Below are positions 23,561 to 36,837 of a stretch of DNA of 64,000 nucleotides, one piece after another. Source of the stretch: Phoronis australis (Eukaryota > Animalia > Phoronida); NCBI GenBank assembly GCA_002633005.1, contig NMRA01000565.1, positions 131,682-195,681 on the forward strand, in the 5' to 3' direction. Both the position numbers and the translations under genes were made by a program. The notes below the pieces were generated by a model. The model did not search any database, was not told the DNA's origin, and saw nothing but the letters and a program-made list of their open reading frames with translations. Position 1 is the stretch's first letter. Every line of letters begins with the position of its first letter.

Positions 23561-25461
23561 TCAAGTCTGTCCGATTATGCTGTAGAATAATGTCCAACAG
23601 GACTACAGTAACACTAATAACTAATCAATAGCCAATGATTGAACAATGACATTCCATGTCAATTACTCCCACAGACACCCGTCAATTGCAATAGATCAGA
23701 GACTCATTTCCGTCATACCTAAGGCTTAAACACGACAATCACAAAATAGACAGATTAATTCTGGCAAACTGGTTTCAAACTTTTTCTAGCTATGGCAGCA
23801 GCTGGTATTGATCATGAAAGGGAATGGATGGACCACTGGCGACTAATATATCAAGTGTATCAACATTGGAAGGGTTGGCCAGTCCTCGCAAGCTTAATGA
23901 TTTTGACACTCATTTTAGCAGCTGGTGTGATCCTGAATTTGATCAATATTGCATCACACAAAAAACAGCATTATTCCTGACACTAAAGTAACAACCATAA
24001 CAGGTATGCAGGGCACCCAACAACTTCACTGCATTAAAAACTATGAAAATGTAGGAAAAGGTAAGAGGTGACTAGAATGGGGTTCTCTGTTCTTGCTTTT
24101 TTAGGATAGGGTGGTGTTCCTAGGCTTACAAATCTGGAGCAATATTTATACCTTGAAGCATGAGCACCGTAAAGCATTGAAATCTGTCCACAACTCTCTC
24201 CTAAACAGCATGCTTCAAGGGGTGCTTATTGAGCTCAAAAATGGCCATCAGGTGGTGCAGAATATGTTGAAACCGCCTGAAAATGGGAAGATTATGTCCA
24301 GGAACTTCAAAGTTATGGAGGAAAATGTAAAATAGAATTGTCACTAGGAGGCAGAGCCGTAAGTCAGATCCAACCCAAAGAAGTTGTCATCTGTTGTCAC
24401 ATTCATAAGAAAACACTAACGTGAAATTTCACAAAGACCCTGCAATGGGTTCAGGAGATACAGCTATGGATGTAAAAAACACAAAAACGTCACCAGGGTG
24501 AGCCACAATAGTCTGACCCATGCGAAAATCGTCAGCCGTGCTATTATCATCCTTTCAGCAGTTTGGTGGATAGAGACTGACACAAAGCAGACTCGAAAAT
24601 AATAAAAATGGCCACTGGTGGAGCAAAATATGTCTAATCCGTCTGGAAATAAAAAGGTGACCTCTCACTAACAGAAACCAAAGTACTTGCCACAATGACT
24701 GCTTTGACAATGACAGTAAAAGTGGGACTTCAGCCACATTGCCAAAATTGCACCGATGATAAAAACATTCCAGACAGTAATCAGACTGTACTAAACATCA
24801 CTGCCCAACTTCTCCCCGATTTCAGTGATTGAAGGAGGAATACAATAGCATCTTTGACACCATTACCTGACACTACCTTCTTAGAACTTCTTTCTTAGAA
24901 CACCACTCCTGGTGTCCAAGCGAAAGTGTTACCAAACAGTCTGAAAAACCTTTCATAAATTTATGTTGGAAATTCTCCAGTTTGGGACAGTGGAAACTTA
25001 AATATTTGCTCAAGGTCGGAGTTTATACCAAATTTTGGAAACAGACAATATTGGCCCTCCCAACTTTAAGAATTGCCATCAGTGCCAAGGGACAGACATA
25101 TGAAAACGCTGCATGCATGGGAAGCTGTTTTTAATGATTTTACGGATTGACAGGTCTATTTTCAGATTCCCTTGATGCAAAACATAATGTGTCATATTTA
25201 AGAAATATGATGAATACCAAAATCGTCCGTGTCCCCATCTTCAGAATCAAGAAAATTCAATTTCGGCTAGAATTTTAGTCTCCAAAATTTTAGAGGCTGT
25301 CCCAAAATCATCACTTTACTAAAGGCCCAACCACAAGAGGCTTCTTCAATTCAACAAAAAACAAACCTAAATGAAAAAAGTTAAAAAAGCAAGAATTTCA
25401 TGAAAAAGCAGGAAGACTAGGAATACGTCCAAAAAGTAGGATAAAATAGGAAAGTAGGAAA

Positions 25462-25753
25462 GGTTGGGAGGTTTGAGGTATGCACAACATACAGTTTGAC
25501 AGGAAAAAGAGAGAATACCATACATTTTTTGTCACCTGCCAAGGACAGATGAAAGCAGGAATGGTTGGGAGGTTTGAGGTATGCACAACATACAATTTGA
25601 CAGGAAAAAGAGAGAATACCATACATTTTTTGTCACCTGCCAACGACAGATGAAAGCAGGAATGGTTGGGAGGTTTGAGGTATGCACAACATACAGTTTG
25701 ACAGCAAAAAGAGAGAATACCATACATTTTTTGTCACCTGCCAACGACAGATG
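25462..25753. repeat. 101-bp tandem repeat x about 2.9
   Basis: ggttgggaggtttgaggtatgcacaacatac... starts at 25462, 25563 and 25664. Confidence 0.95.
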
Positions 25754-26652
25754 ATGTCATATGCTGCAACGCTCACCCTAGATCGCTGACTTTTGTGCGC
25801 GTGATTTCGGACAACGTTGGAAATGAGATACTCTGCGACGCTTGCTTTCCGGGCGCTAAGTTGGCCAAACTCTACAAAGACAAAGAGCCATAGGAACTAC
25901 TAAGACCCAAAAAATTTTTAAGAGAGACTATCGTGTTTATCCTTCAAGCCAATAGGACTGCATGAAGGCTTTCAAAAATATTGCCAAACACAGATATCTT
26001 TTTGCATTGTTTTGTACCTGTTGTAACTTCCTAATTGTACAATAATTTAATACGGCATCAAAGTCCCTATAAGTCCCACTGATCAAAAGTTAAATGACTC
26101 GGCGCAGCTGACATCTGATACAGCGGAGACCAGAAAGACAGGAGAACTAACTGCTTCCAAAATATTCTTGAGTGTAAATAGTAAAACGATGGTCTTGCTC
26201 AGAACTATCCTTTCTCCCAGAGGTAAGAAAACAAATCATATCATTAACCCCGTTTTGGAAATGTTGGGCTGATTCTGGGAATCAAGTTGCAAAACATCAT
26301 GGATCCATGGATACAAGTCAGGTTTATCCAACTTTCCACCGTCAGACCTGCAGCCCACTGAGCAGCAGTAAAACTTAGCTGGTACTGTAAGATCAAATAC
26401 AGTAACGCAGCTGAGAAAAAATTGTAAATACAAGACTCCAACAGGAGAAACTCCAAGGGCGAAAATGCGAGGCTACATAAGTATTGCAGCATTGTGGGTA
26501 AATAGCGAGAGATTCAAGAGTTGCTATGTAATTTGGGATGACCATATTAAGGCATTTCTCCAGACAAAACACCCACCAGTTTAACAGAATTAAAGCACGG
26601 GGGTTTGGTAATTTCCCAACTGATCAATACTATTCAACTTCCATTGCAAACT

Positions 26653-26834
26653 TTAATGTATTAATGACGAGCTCACCTCTTGCTTGACTGTTTCAATATC
26701 ACCAGCATTTGTCTGAAGACCACATCTACCATAGGTGTTAGTGGGGACACTGCCATCAATCCTTGTACTCTGGCAGCCATTACTGTCCGAGTCCTTCTCT
26801 GTTGGTGGCGGCGGTGGTGGTGGTGATGGCATTA
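26653..26834 (-). CDS. BBX: BBX terminal coding exon
   Basis: tttcag| phase 1, [15 protein letters not shown]...SSSLIH*. Confidence 0.75.
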
Positions 26835-29800
26835 CTGAAAACAGAATTACATTCCTTTGACAAATGACAAGAAACAAACCATCAGTCACCTTATCACATG
26901 TGCAACAGTGCCACGTCAACACGTAGGCCAATTCCCAACTGCTCCGAATCTTAACCGCAAGTGTGTGTGTTTGTACGTGTGTGTGTGTTTGTACGTGTGT
27001 GTGTTTGTGTCTTTGAGTACCTCTTTTTGTTCAGGGAACAAAAAAGAGTACTAGGGAAAACCAATACATGTACTTTGTGCAGTGTTGCCACACAAGATTC
27101 ACCCGGTGTAAATTTCACACATGTTGTAACTTCTTTAAACCGAGACATATGATCAGTCGTACGTTTTGATACAATTTTCCATTTAGAGTCTGCAAAAAAT
27201 GTCATAAAAATTTTGGGGAAACAGGCCCCTGCTGTTTGACCGTGAATTTAGAGACAGCCTAAATATCTAAAAATTCCTAGACTAAGCAAAGCTACATGTA
27301 AAGACGAGTGAATTACGTAACCATGACACTGTCACTTTCCAAACTCTTCCTCTTCTGACCAGTGTGCAAAAACAAAACGAAATTTCATGTCCACGATTTT
27401 TGAGTGACAACACTGACACAAATTACTCACGTCCAGTAACCTAAAGCCTGCTGTCAACAATTTGACTCAAGTTGAGTTGAGACAAGTAGCATCATGTAGT
27501 TTGCAGCTGACTATAATACCTTTTGGGCCTTCAACAAAACCTATTTGACGGTGAGCACCTACAAAATCTCAAACTTAGCGCAGGAATCTTACCCGAGAGG
27601 TTTTCTAGACTAGACACTTGAATGAGATGAGTGATGGACGATTTGCGAGCCTTCCGTCGTTGGCTGCCCACAAGATTGGTAGTTGTCTCCCCTGGTACAG
27701 GACTGCACAGCAGTCGGTCGCCATGCAATTCTCCGACAGTGAAAATTTTGTCTGTAACAAAAAGGAGTCAGCGATCTCTCGGGAGCTTGTCTGAAATGAG
27801 TGGAATTTTTTTACTGCGCTTGAAATGCAATTTTTTAAACAAAAATGTGTAGCCAATGAGGCCAAGTAATTGTGACCTGTCTTACCAAAAGTGAAATTGG
27901 GCTGCCTTTTGCTTCCCTCGCTGTGGTGTCTCATACGGTTCAACTGACGGCCAGATCTCTTCTTGCACACACTGTCCACAGCACACGGGGTCAGAGAGGC
28001 AATCTCAGCATCCAGGTCAAAGTCACTGCAAACGCAGGAAAGACATACACTCATCCAGACGACAACGCCACATAGTGGACACAATAAGGACTGAACAAGA
28101 TGGTGGGTCACCGTAAAAATAATTCAACATTATTTCACCTTTTCGCTTCGAGTGATGGTTTAGCTTCGTTTATCAGGATAAGTAAAGTTCAATCTTATTT
28201 GGTTACAATAATGCTCCCCTTATTTTGCCCAAAAATAATTGCCAAAAGTGTCATTTTTCCATTTTTGAAGGACCGAGTACTTTACTGCAAATACTGGAAA
28301 CTACCAAAAGCTTACACATGTTACAAACCTGGCTTCCTTCAAATAAACAATTAACTTTTGATTTAGACTGCATACACTGATGATATTGATTTCAACTTGT
28401 TTGTTACTCAAACTGCAAGTGAGTTCCTAGGCTTGGGAAAAACGGGTTCATCAAATTTGCTTGAAACAATGTGTTATTTTATCGTCTCCAGCTGTAATCT
28501 TCTGTTCTTCCTAAGGTCATTTACCACTTCTTCACCAGGTAAGGAGCCAGTTGAGAGAAGTTTCATAGTGTTAAGTGATCTAAATCAAAAGTTTGTTTCT
28601 TCGACAGAAAGTAGGTTTACAGCTGTTATGGTATAGCACCAAAGCTCAGACAAAAGGCGTTGGAAATAAGGTAGGGATAAGAACAACTCTTGGGGAAACA
28701 ACATATATCTTCATCTGGAGATCCAAACTGCAGACAGGCACACACAAAAACACGAGTCCCTAATGCAACTGTATCAAATTACCCGGTTTTGTATCTTTTG
28801 TCTGTCGTCGCTAGCTTTGCATTGTTTTCTGCCTCCGACACTGTCCTCTTACGAGCGGCAGCCTTCTTGGTGTCTGGCAGGAAATCTCCATCGAGGTTAC
28901 TAGCCTCTTCATCACTGTCAAGTTCAAAACGAATCTTACAGTCTGAGAGTACGTGAACGTACAATAGGATTAGGTACACAAGAGACTGCACATCACTCAG
29001 CAAAGCAACTTGGATTGTGAAACACAGGATGTCCCAATACCTATCAATAATTACACAAAGTCTTAGTAAGACGTAGGAATAGTAAGAAGCAATCAGTCAC
29101 AAAAATTACAAAGATTAAGGAAGCAGACGGCCTTCATATTTTGCTCATAAATCCAGCAAAAATTATTAGCAAGATTATGTACAACAAGGCACAACTACTT
29201 TTTGTTAAAAACAGCTTAATATATACTCGTTCATAGTCTCTCTACAATCTCCTATCTTCAGGCTTGCAGTTATGAAACAAAACAACAAAAGAAATTACGT
29301 GCAAAACAAGTTAAAATAGATGCTATATATCAAGACGACAGCAGGAAGAGGAGCATACAAGCAGAGAATGTGAATGCATCACACAGTAATAAGTCTGCAA
29401 GCTTAACAGAACAGAGCCAGCATGTGGTACACACCGGTGAGCTGCACGCCTGAAGACAGGACATTGTATAGAGACTACGACGAGCGAGTATCTACTAGAA
29501 AGCTATCTAACAAAATGTAGCAGTGCCTTCAACCAATTGTGTGTCTATGAAGGGCTGCTACAGAACTATACTGATAACAAAACTTTGTGCATATATAATA
29601 CTTCTTGCGAATACTGGACAAAGGGTCTAGCCACTGTACTAAAAAAATGACCCATTCCCACTGTAAACTTAAAAACTTGCATGCGAATCGGGCAGCATGA
29701 CTGGTTAAGTTTCAAGCCCGTGTTCGGAGATAGAGCACTTAATTTTATTCCCTGCAAATGAACACATAAAAATGAGAGTCGCACTCAGAGTAATGTATCC

Positions 29801-32800
29801 TACCTTTCACTGCTGTTCTGTTTAGCCTGTGTCTGAAGCAGCCCCTCTGACATCATCTCCTTGTACCTCTGTCCTCTGTTACTGCGCGGCGACTTCCACG
29901 TGCCATCCCCATCCCCTTCCACCTCCATCCCCTCCACACCCCCACCACCAGGAAGCACTCCACTCTTCACCTCCCGAAAGTCCTGCATCTCGTGACTACG
30001 CGTCAGGTTAGAGGCCTGGAACCGTTTGAAGCTCTCTAACTGACCAGAGGCACTCATTGACCTCCAACGGTACTGGAACTCTTTTTTCGGAGAGTAACCG
30101 CTTGCCAGCACCAACTTGGGCTGTTCGACGGGTCCAAGTGGCTGGCTGTCGGGAGCAGAGGTGCGGCTGTGGCCGTTGTTGTTGACACTGTCACCACTGT
30201 TGACGCGACAACGTTGAGAGAAGTACAGCTGATCAATGACATGATCGACTACCTGCAACAGGTGATCAAGACTTTACAGACAGCATGAATTAGCTCAATG
30301 TTTTTTACTAATGGTTATAGTATATAAAAAATTACTAACTTGACCAAGACACAATAACCAAACTATCCATTTTTGTCAGAAGCTCAAAGAGGAAAGAATA
30401 AAAATGCACACTGTTTCCATTTTGCATCAACTTCAGATGAATCATAAATAAAGAAAACGCTACCTGTTGGCCACTTGCATGACTAATAGTGTCATCTGCC
30501 TTCTGAACTTGCTCTGCTGCTATCTGAGATGTCACAATAGAGGCCATCTCTGCAGTAGATGGCTGCTCCACCTGGTGAGAGCTGTCCACAATCTGATTGG
30601 CAAATGTAAATTAAGATACAAGGGTTTCCTTTTTCATTGTTGAAACCAGTGCTGTTCAATTTTAAATATCCAACATTTCTATTTTGAAAGCAAATCTACA
30701 ACTGCAGACAACACATAATTTGTATTTCTTAGCAATCACAGGTTTCAAGCCCTGCCCAGAATATTCAGGAAAATTAATTTTAGCATCAATATTTAAAAAT
30801 TTTCTTCTGCAAGTTTACTGTTAATGCATGCTCATTCAATGATGATCATAGCAGAAGTATTGAAACACAATGCCACCTGTGAACAGATTTGAAGTGGCTC
30901 ACCTGTGAGTTTCCATTGCACGTGTCTAAACACTCGTCCCGGTGAACGACAGAGCGAGGACTCGTCAGCGCCTCCTGACCAGCCATTAATAGAAGGTTCA
31001 GACCACCCATCTCTGTCGGATCTGTAAAGGATTTAACACAATTATCAATTCCTTAATTTACACAACTGAAAGTCCACGCTGTTGAACATGATTTTGTAAA
31101 CACTGAAAAATTTTTAGAAACCAATAAATGTTGCTACTGTGTACAAGTTATGCAATCTAGAATATGAAAATGCTTTTGTCGGAAAAGCATCTTGCTGAAG
31201 ACCCAAATATTGAACAGTCTCTCTGAAATTGGAAGAGATAATCACTTTAAAATGCTAGGAAAATACAATTCTTACTTGGGAATTCCATGAGATCTGTCAG
31301 AAATGAGATTAAAAAAATCCTTCATTGGGCTCTTTCAGGATAGTTTTGCATGTCTGTTACATGTGTTGAAAATGTGGTAAAGATCAAATTACTTTCTGGA
31401 TTTTTTACAGCTCAAATATTTGAACTTTATCGCCTTACAAAAATGAAGCTGTCAACAAAGGGAAACCTTCGTTACGGAATAACTTTTGAAATCAGTCTGC
31501 AATAGCACTTTCCAAAAGGTTCCTTTGCGTCTAATTTTGGAAATAAATCACCTGGGGAAAGTTGATGTTTTTGAAAAAGCTTTGTAAGGTAGTGGAAATT
31601 TCATAGACTCTCGCCATGCAAAAAAATAACAAAGGTTGTCGTCAATCTCGTGCCACAGTAGAACAGCAATCTAAACGTCAACAGGATGAAAAAATGTTCT
31701 GAATCACGTCTTGATTGCTTAAGTCTCTGTCAAGAAATATGCAGAACCTATCACTGAGTTGGTAGTTTAGCCTTTCCTTTGTAGCTAAAGACAATGAGCA
31801 GATCTGGGGCTATTTCATGAAAGTGCAAGACTTGGTCTGACGCTTCCACTTCACAAATGCTGAAAAAGGTTTATCCAAGTAATTATAAGCGCATAAATAA
31901 TTTTTATAAAATACCTCAGTAATCAGCAGTCATACACATATTTTCAGACTTTCTACATTTGCTCGAGTGATACAGAAACAGTTATGTGGAGTACAACTAA
32001 GACAAAATTTCTGACAAATCTTGTGCAATTTTTCATGAGACAGACCTCTGGCAGGTTCAGTAAGACACCAGCCCATACCATGGTACTTACTAATTTGTCG
32101 ACAGATAAGTACCACAACTACCAACATCCCCTATCACTGACATTAGCACGGGCTTCTTTTGTGAGCAAAAGAACAATATTTAAACACGGATGACATCCCC
32201 TTATTAAAATACAGGCTCATTGTGACGAGCTTGAAAATTGGTTAGTGTATCAGCAAATGCGATACTAGAAAAAAAAATAACTGGAAGGTAATTTTCTTGA
32301 AGGCATTTCAGGTCAAGTTATCACGTGCCCAACACTATAAAGGTATTTTGAAATTGTCAAGTTGATTTCTAAAAGAACAAAATAATAATTACTCCAATCG
32401 GAAGTATGAAACAGTGAGTGAGCTCCAAAAATGTATGCTTGTACGAGTAGAGGTGTATGCTATGTTCTCTTGCTTTTCTTTCCTGATACCTACCTACTAG
32501 CCAACAATCAGTCCCAGCCTCCATATATAACAATTTGCCATTTGGCGATGTCAGAATTTGGTAATTTCTCACCAACGTTCGACTATAAAACTAATTGTCA
32601 AAATTACCCATTTTTCATTTTTCAACGTCTTCCAAGTTGTGAATGCCCACAATTTTTCAGAACATTATCTGACGGTTGCTATGGTACCCAACCTGAACAT
32701 GGTAAAGCAATAATTTGATGCAACATATCTTTTATGAAAACACTTGCCAGCCACATTGTGTCCTAAATTCGTAAGATTTTACCATAATGCAACAGAAACA

Positions 32801-35800
32801 TGGAGTCTTTCTCACAGTGCCACACTTCACAATTTTTACGAAGTTAAATTTTACCAATTTCATTGTTACATAAACTGACTAAAAGTAAAAAAATATTCAA
32901 AATACTTTTCAAAGTATACCATACAAAGTTTACGAACAAATACCTTAAATAATTGTCCTAAAAGAGTTTGACATCTGTATTTGAAAACCAGTTTTCTTTG
33001 GAAAAACTTATGTAACGGGTGATAAATGTAATGTGTCGTCAAACTTACATAACGGTTGATAAATGTAACGTGTCGTCAAACTTTCACAATGGGTGATAAA
33101 TGTAACGTGCCGTCGAACTTACATAACGGCTGATACATGTAACGTGACGTCAAACTTACCAGCCAACTTGCCAGGTTTGATTGCTTCCTCTCCGTTGCGT
33201 CCGTACTTCCGCGCGGTCATGGTCACATGCCGTGCAGAGTTTGACGGCCTTGTCATCGGCTTGGAGGGTTGCGTAGACTTATCCGGATTGTACCATTTGT
33301 AATCAGGGTTCGCTTTCATGAAGGCAACCTTGTACTGCAAGAAAGTCACCATTTGAAATGAGACGGCAACACCGGTGATATCACACCACCCCCTCTAGTG
33401 GCGGTGGCTTAAATGAAAATTCCTAGACAAAAATTGACGTATTTTATTAAGAACGGCTGAGGGATGGAGACCTGTCAAAAAGATGTGAGCGCGACTCCTA
33501 TAACTAAATAGAACAACCCTTACCCTCGCTGTTACTAAGCTACAGAAATGTATAATATGTAGGCCAGGGTGTTTCACTGTACCGACCTCCATCACTATCT
33601 AAAAGTTTAAACATTCCATCCTTCACTGGGACCACGTACTCACTCGGAATCCATCACCAAAATGTTTATAGTACACTGCAGACACACGGTCAACAACCAG
33701 GACAGAACAGCGCAGTTTTTTAAATACAGAACGGACTCGGAAATGACCATCCAAGGTAACCGAATGCTAATTGTAAAACCTAACATCATTAAGGCTATCT
33801 TGAGTTACAAAACAACAGCTCATAAAGTTTTTTAATTTGTAACTGAGGTATCTGAAACACACAATCATTACTACAGTAACACAAAGATGAGATGGGTGGC
33901 AAATGCAACTACTGGGCGCACTGATTCTGCAAAAACCTTTTCTATAACTGCACAAAGGACATGAGCGTCCAGCGGGGTGTAACACGACCATCTTAACTAC
34001 AAATTGAGGTCATTCAAAAATCAAAGCAGCTGCTGTCGAGGGCAACACAGTTGCATCATCTAGAGTTATTAAGCTGATGCAATAAGGCTGCATAAATGAA
34101 TGATGAACGAATAAGAGGCAACAAGCATCAACATTGAAATGTCTAAAGCAAAAGTTTGATGAGTGCTATTGTACTGCCACAAAAGTGTTGTTTTATTGCT
34201 AAATAACTCACACGTGAAGTGCATCTAAATTTGGCACAGTTTGTCAGATTTCTGTCGAAGTATGTACAGTTTATTTTGAGAGCTGCTGTATTTTTTTAGC
34301 TTTCCAGTTCCCCAAATAAAAGCCCTGTCTTGAATTAAGAAATTGAGAATGTGTCATCAACACGGCACCGAACTGAGAGAACTTGGGGGCTACAGGGAGG
34401 AGTGACAGCAATACAACAACTTGGGGGATACAGGGAGGAGTGACAGCAATATAAGAACTTGGTGTATCAGTGACAATGTTCGTTAAGTGTATTACTTAGT
34501 ACAGTAAGTAAACAAGGTCCTGATATGAACACTGTCCTGTTTCTCATACACGGGTGAGAAACAACATGACCGCTGGTCCTCTTAAATCGGACCGACTCAC
34601 CCAAAACAGGACCTCTGGGGATCAAATGGGACCGTCGCACCAGAAAATGGGACTGACGCACCTAAAAACAGGACCGCCCACCAGAAAACAGGACCGCCGG
34701 GGACTGAACATGACCGCCGGGGATTGAAACCGCAGTGACAAACAAGTTAAGATTTATTACCAGTAAGCCTACACAGATCATACAATGGAGCTATATACGT
34801 ATGCATATGCAGGTCTCGTGCCGATTACTCCAACGAAATCTTTTGTGCGCTACAGGACACTTCGCTTTGTAACACGCGGCGCTTTTGAGTTTTAACTACA
34901 AACCAACCACGTTGCATGCTTTTGAGCTAAATACTTATAGCTTTATCCACTGCGTAAGGTTTAGAACAAAATGAAAATCGTTTTCTCCAATTTGACGTTT
35001 TAGTCAAGAAAAAAACAGGCGTTCTGGTTTTCGGGTGAAGCATCATAACTAGCCTTTGTGCGGCAAAGCAGTATACTAAATATCAGGGCTTGGAATGACC
35101 AATGACAAAAAATGCAGAAACTTTTACGGCCCAAAACATGCGCGCTACCCAGCCTTGAAATAGTCGATGTGAACCTTTCGCCGACAAAAATCGGGAGGAC
35201 TAAAAAAAAAAAACGTTACCACCATCAGTAGCATGCGTCTGCGTCCTTTTAGTTCGTTCGTCCACTCCCAACCCACACATTTTTGGCTGCAGAGCCGTAG
35301 TATTTGTTGCCGCGGTTTACAATAACACGAGTCGCCATCGAAAATCCCACCACGCTATCCCAGATGCCCCGGCAATGTTGACAATTTACGTTCCTCCGAA
35401 ACATAAAGAGCAACTTCCGCTTTTCGAGGTGAACGTCGTCTGCAACGCCGCGGTAAGAAAGGAATTTGCCGCAGAAATTTTATATCAAATCTGATTTTTT
35501 TTACGCGGAAATATAATAAAATGCGCGGACAGAACATTTGAAAAAAGCGGAAATCCGCGTTTCCGCAGAAAATTCCAAGCCCTGAAATATACAGCTTGGC
35601 GCCGATGTGGGTAAAACACTGAACATATAAAATCTTCACCGAATTAGTGTTATTAACGACACTCTTCCTTGAGTAAACTAAATTATTCATCGGCGCTCGC
35701 CCGGAAAAATTGTCGTTCTATCGTTATTCTGCTGCTAAAATTGAGATGCGTTCTTTTAGGTCGGCTTACATTGACACTTTCCTTAATTTTTTCACCGTTC

Positions 35801-36837
35801 AGTCAGTTCTTCTTCTCTTCTACGAGGTTGCGTACATGGCACAACAAATTATCGGAACTGGTTTCATTTCGTCATAAGTTTTTAGTATTTTAATACCAGC
35901 AAATGGAGTTTCAGAACAAACCGTGAGGCTGCGAGTTGAGTCATCATCTTCCGAAAGATGTCGCAAAATTTTCGGACATGTCGCGTGCTCGTGTCACGAG
36001 CGCGACAGACTTTTTTGTTACATTAGGCAAACAAATGACGTTCATTAGTTTGTTTTTCACTCAAGCGGCTGCAACCTGCAGGGTGAGTGTTGATTGACTT
36101 CTAGATTTTGCATGCGCCTGCTCCGCTCGCTAGCTCTACATGTTGATATAAGTTTCACGACGAGGTTACGAGCAGAACTATACCCGGGCTGTGGGAAATT
36201 TCGGGGATGTAACGGAGCTCAATAACGCAGTGCTACCAAGCTTTATTTTGGCGACTCTTTACACAGCTAGCTGACCGGTTACTTAATCACAAGCAGTATC
36301 ATGGCAAAGACATTGATAACTACATATTGTCCGGCGGTCATGTTCAGTCCCCGGCGGTCCTGTTTTCTGGTGGGGCGGTCATGTTTTTAGATGCGTCAGT
36401 CCCATTTTCTGGTGCAAGGGTCCCATTTGATCCCCGGAGGTCCTGTTTTGGGTGAATAAGTCCGATTTAGAGGACCAGCGGTCATATTGTTTCTCACCCG
36501 TGTCATAAAGCCTCGTTTTTCTTCGACTCTCGCAGACTTCGTTCCCTTTGGGAGCAACCCCAAAAATCTTACGCCTGTATTTTGGGGGCCTGTTTGCAGA
36601 GAATCCCGGTAGCAAACAACCAACCTGTTGGGCCAAGTCTGTATACACTTTCTTTTCGTCCGCTGGCAGTTTGGCCCAGAGTTCTCCTAGAATCCTAGTC
36701 ACATTGCGGTTGTCCATGTTAGGGTTCTTGTTTCTGATGATGGTACGATGGCGCTTGCAGAAGATCAGGAACGCATTCATTGGCCGGCGCACTGGAGAGG
36801 GTGGAGCCTCGCTGGCCTCACTCTCATCCGTCTCCAT
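26653..36837 (-). CDS. BBX: HMG-box transcription factor BBX (bobby sox) orthologue, 9 coding exons, about 565 aa
   Basis: Exons 36837-36625, 33334-33160, 31021-30903, 30592-30464, 30252-29804, 28914-28783, 28025-27886, 27751-27593 and 26834-26653 join in frame with GT-AG introns (1698 nt). BBX-type motifs: [18 protein letters not shown] box, [45 protein letters not shown]. Confidence 0.92.
27593..27751 (-). CDS. BBX: BBX coding exon 8
   Basis: ttacag|...|gtaaga; contains [15 protein letters not shown]. Confidence 0.88.
27886..28025 (-). CDS. BBX: BBX coding exon 7
   Basis: tttgcag|...|gtaaga; [14 protein letters not shown]. Confidence 0.85.
28783..28914 (-). CDS. BBX: BBX coding exon 6
   Basis: Phase 2-2; DEEASNLDG...KRYKTG; acceptor chosen for phase compatibility. 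Confidence 0.75.
29804..30252 (-). CDS. BBX: BBX coding exon 5
   Basis: ttgcag|...|gtagga; [10 protein letters not shown]...[20 protein letters not shown]. Confidence 0.88.
30464..30592 (-). CDS. BBX: BBX coding exon 4
   Basis: Phase 0-0 open exon IVDSSHQ...ASGQQ with AG/GT borders. Confidence 0.75.
30903..31021 (-). CDS. BBX: BBX coding exon 3
   Basis: ttacag|...|gtgagc; [19 protein letters not shown]; absent from the ORF track. Confidence 0.9.
33003..33159. repeat. 37-bp minisatellite x about 4.2 starting at the exon 2 splice donor
   Basis: aaacttacataacggttgataaatgtaacgtgtcgtc units. Confidence 0.9.
33160..33334 (-). CDS. BBX: BBX coding exon 2 (HMG-box C-terminal part)
   Basis: cttgcag|[14 protein letters not shown]...KPGKLA|gtaagt. 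Confidence 0.93.
34380..34463. repeat. About 38-bp tandem duplication
   Basis: aacttggggg.tacagggaggagtgacagcaata occurs twice. Confidence 0.85.
34549..36502. mobile_element. CAC...GTG / 5-bp TSD element, copy 2 (inverted relative to copy 1), in a BBX intron
   Basis: tcata|CACGGGTG...CACCCGTG|tcata; the interior is the reverse complement of 9679-11543. Confidence 0.9.
35084..35584. mobile_element. 501-bp hAT-like MITE nested in copy 2
   Basis: TIR cagggcttggaat / attccaagccctg; aaatat is duplicated; absent from copy 1 at about 11015. Confidence 0.82.
36625..36837 (-). CDS. BBX: BBX coding exon 1 (HMG box)
   Basis: accATGg Kozak with an in-frame TAG just upstream; acceptor at 36858; donor CAG|gttggt. 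Confidence 0.95.

Noticed and set aside
24290-24545. Helentron/DINE-like fragment
   Set aside because: Only loose motif resemblance; boundaries cannot be defined.
36379-36624. C-terminal half of the 152-aa ORF as a BBX-transposon fusion
   Set aside because: This is intron read-through past the donor at 36624; the HMG box continues correctly in exon 33334-33160.
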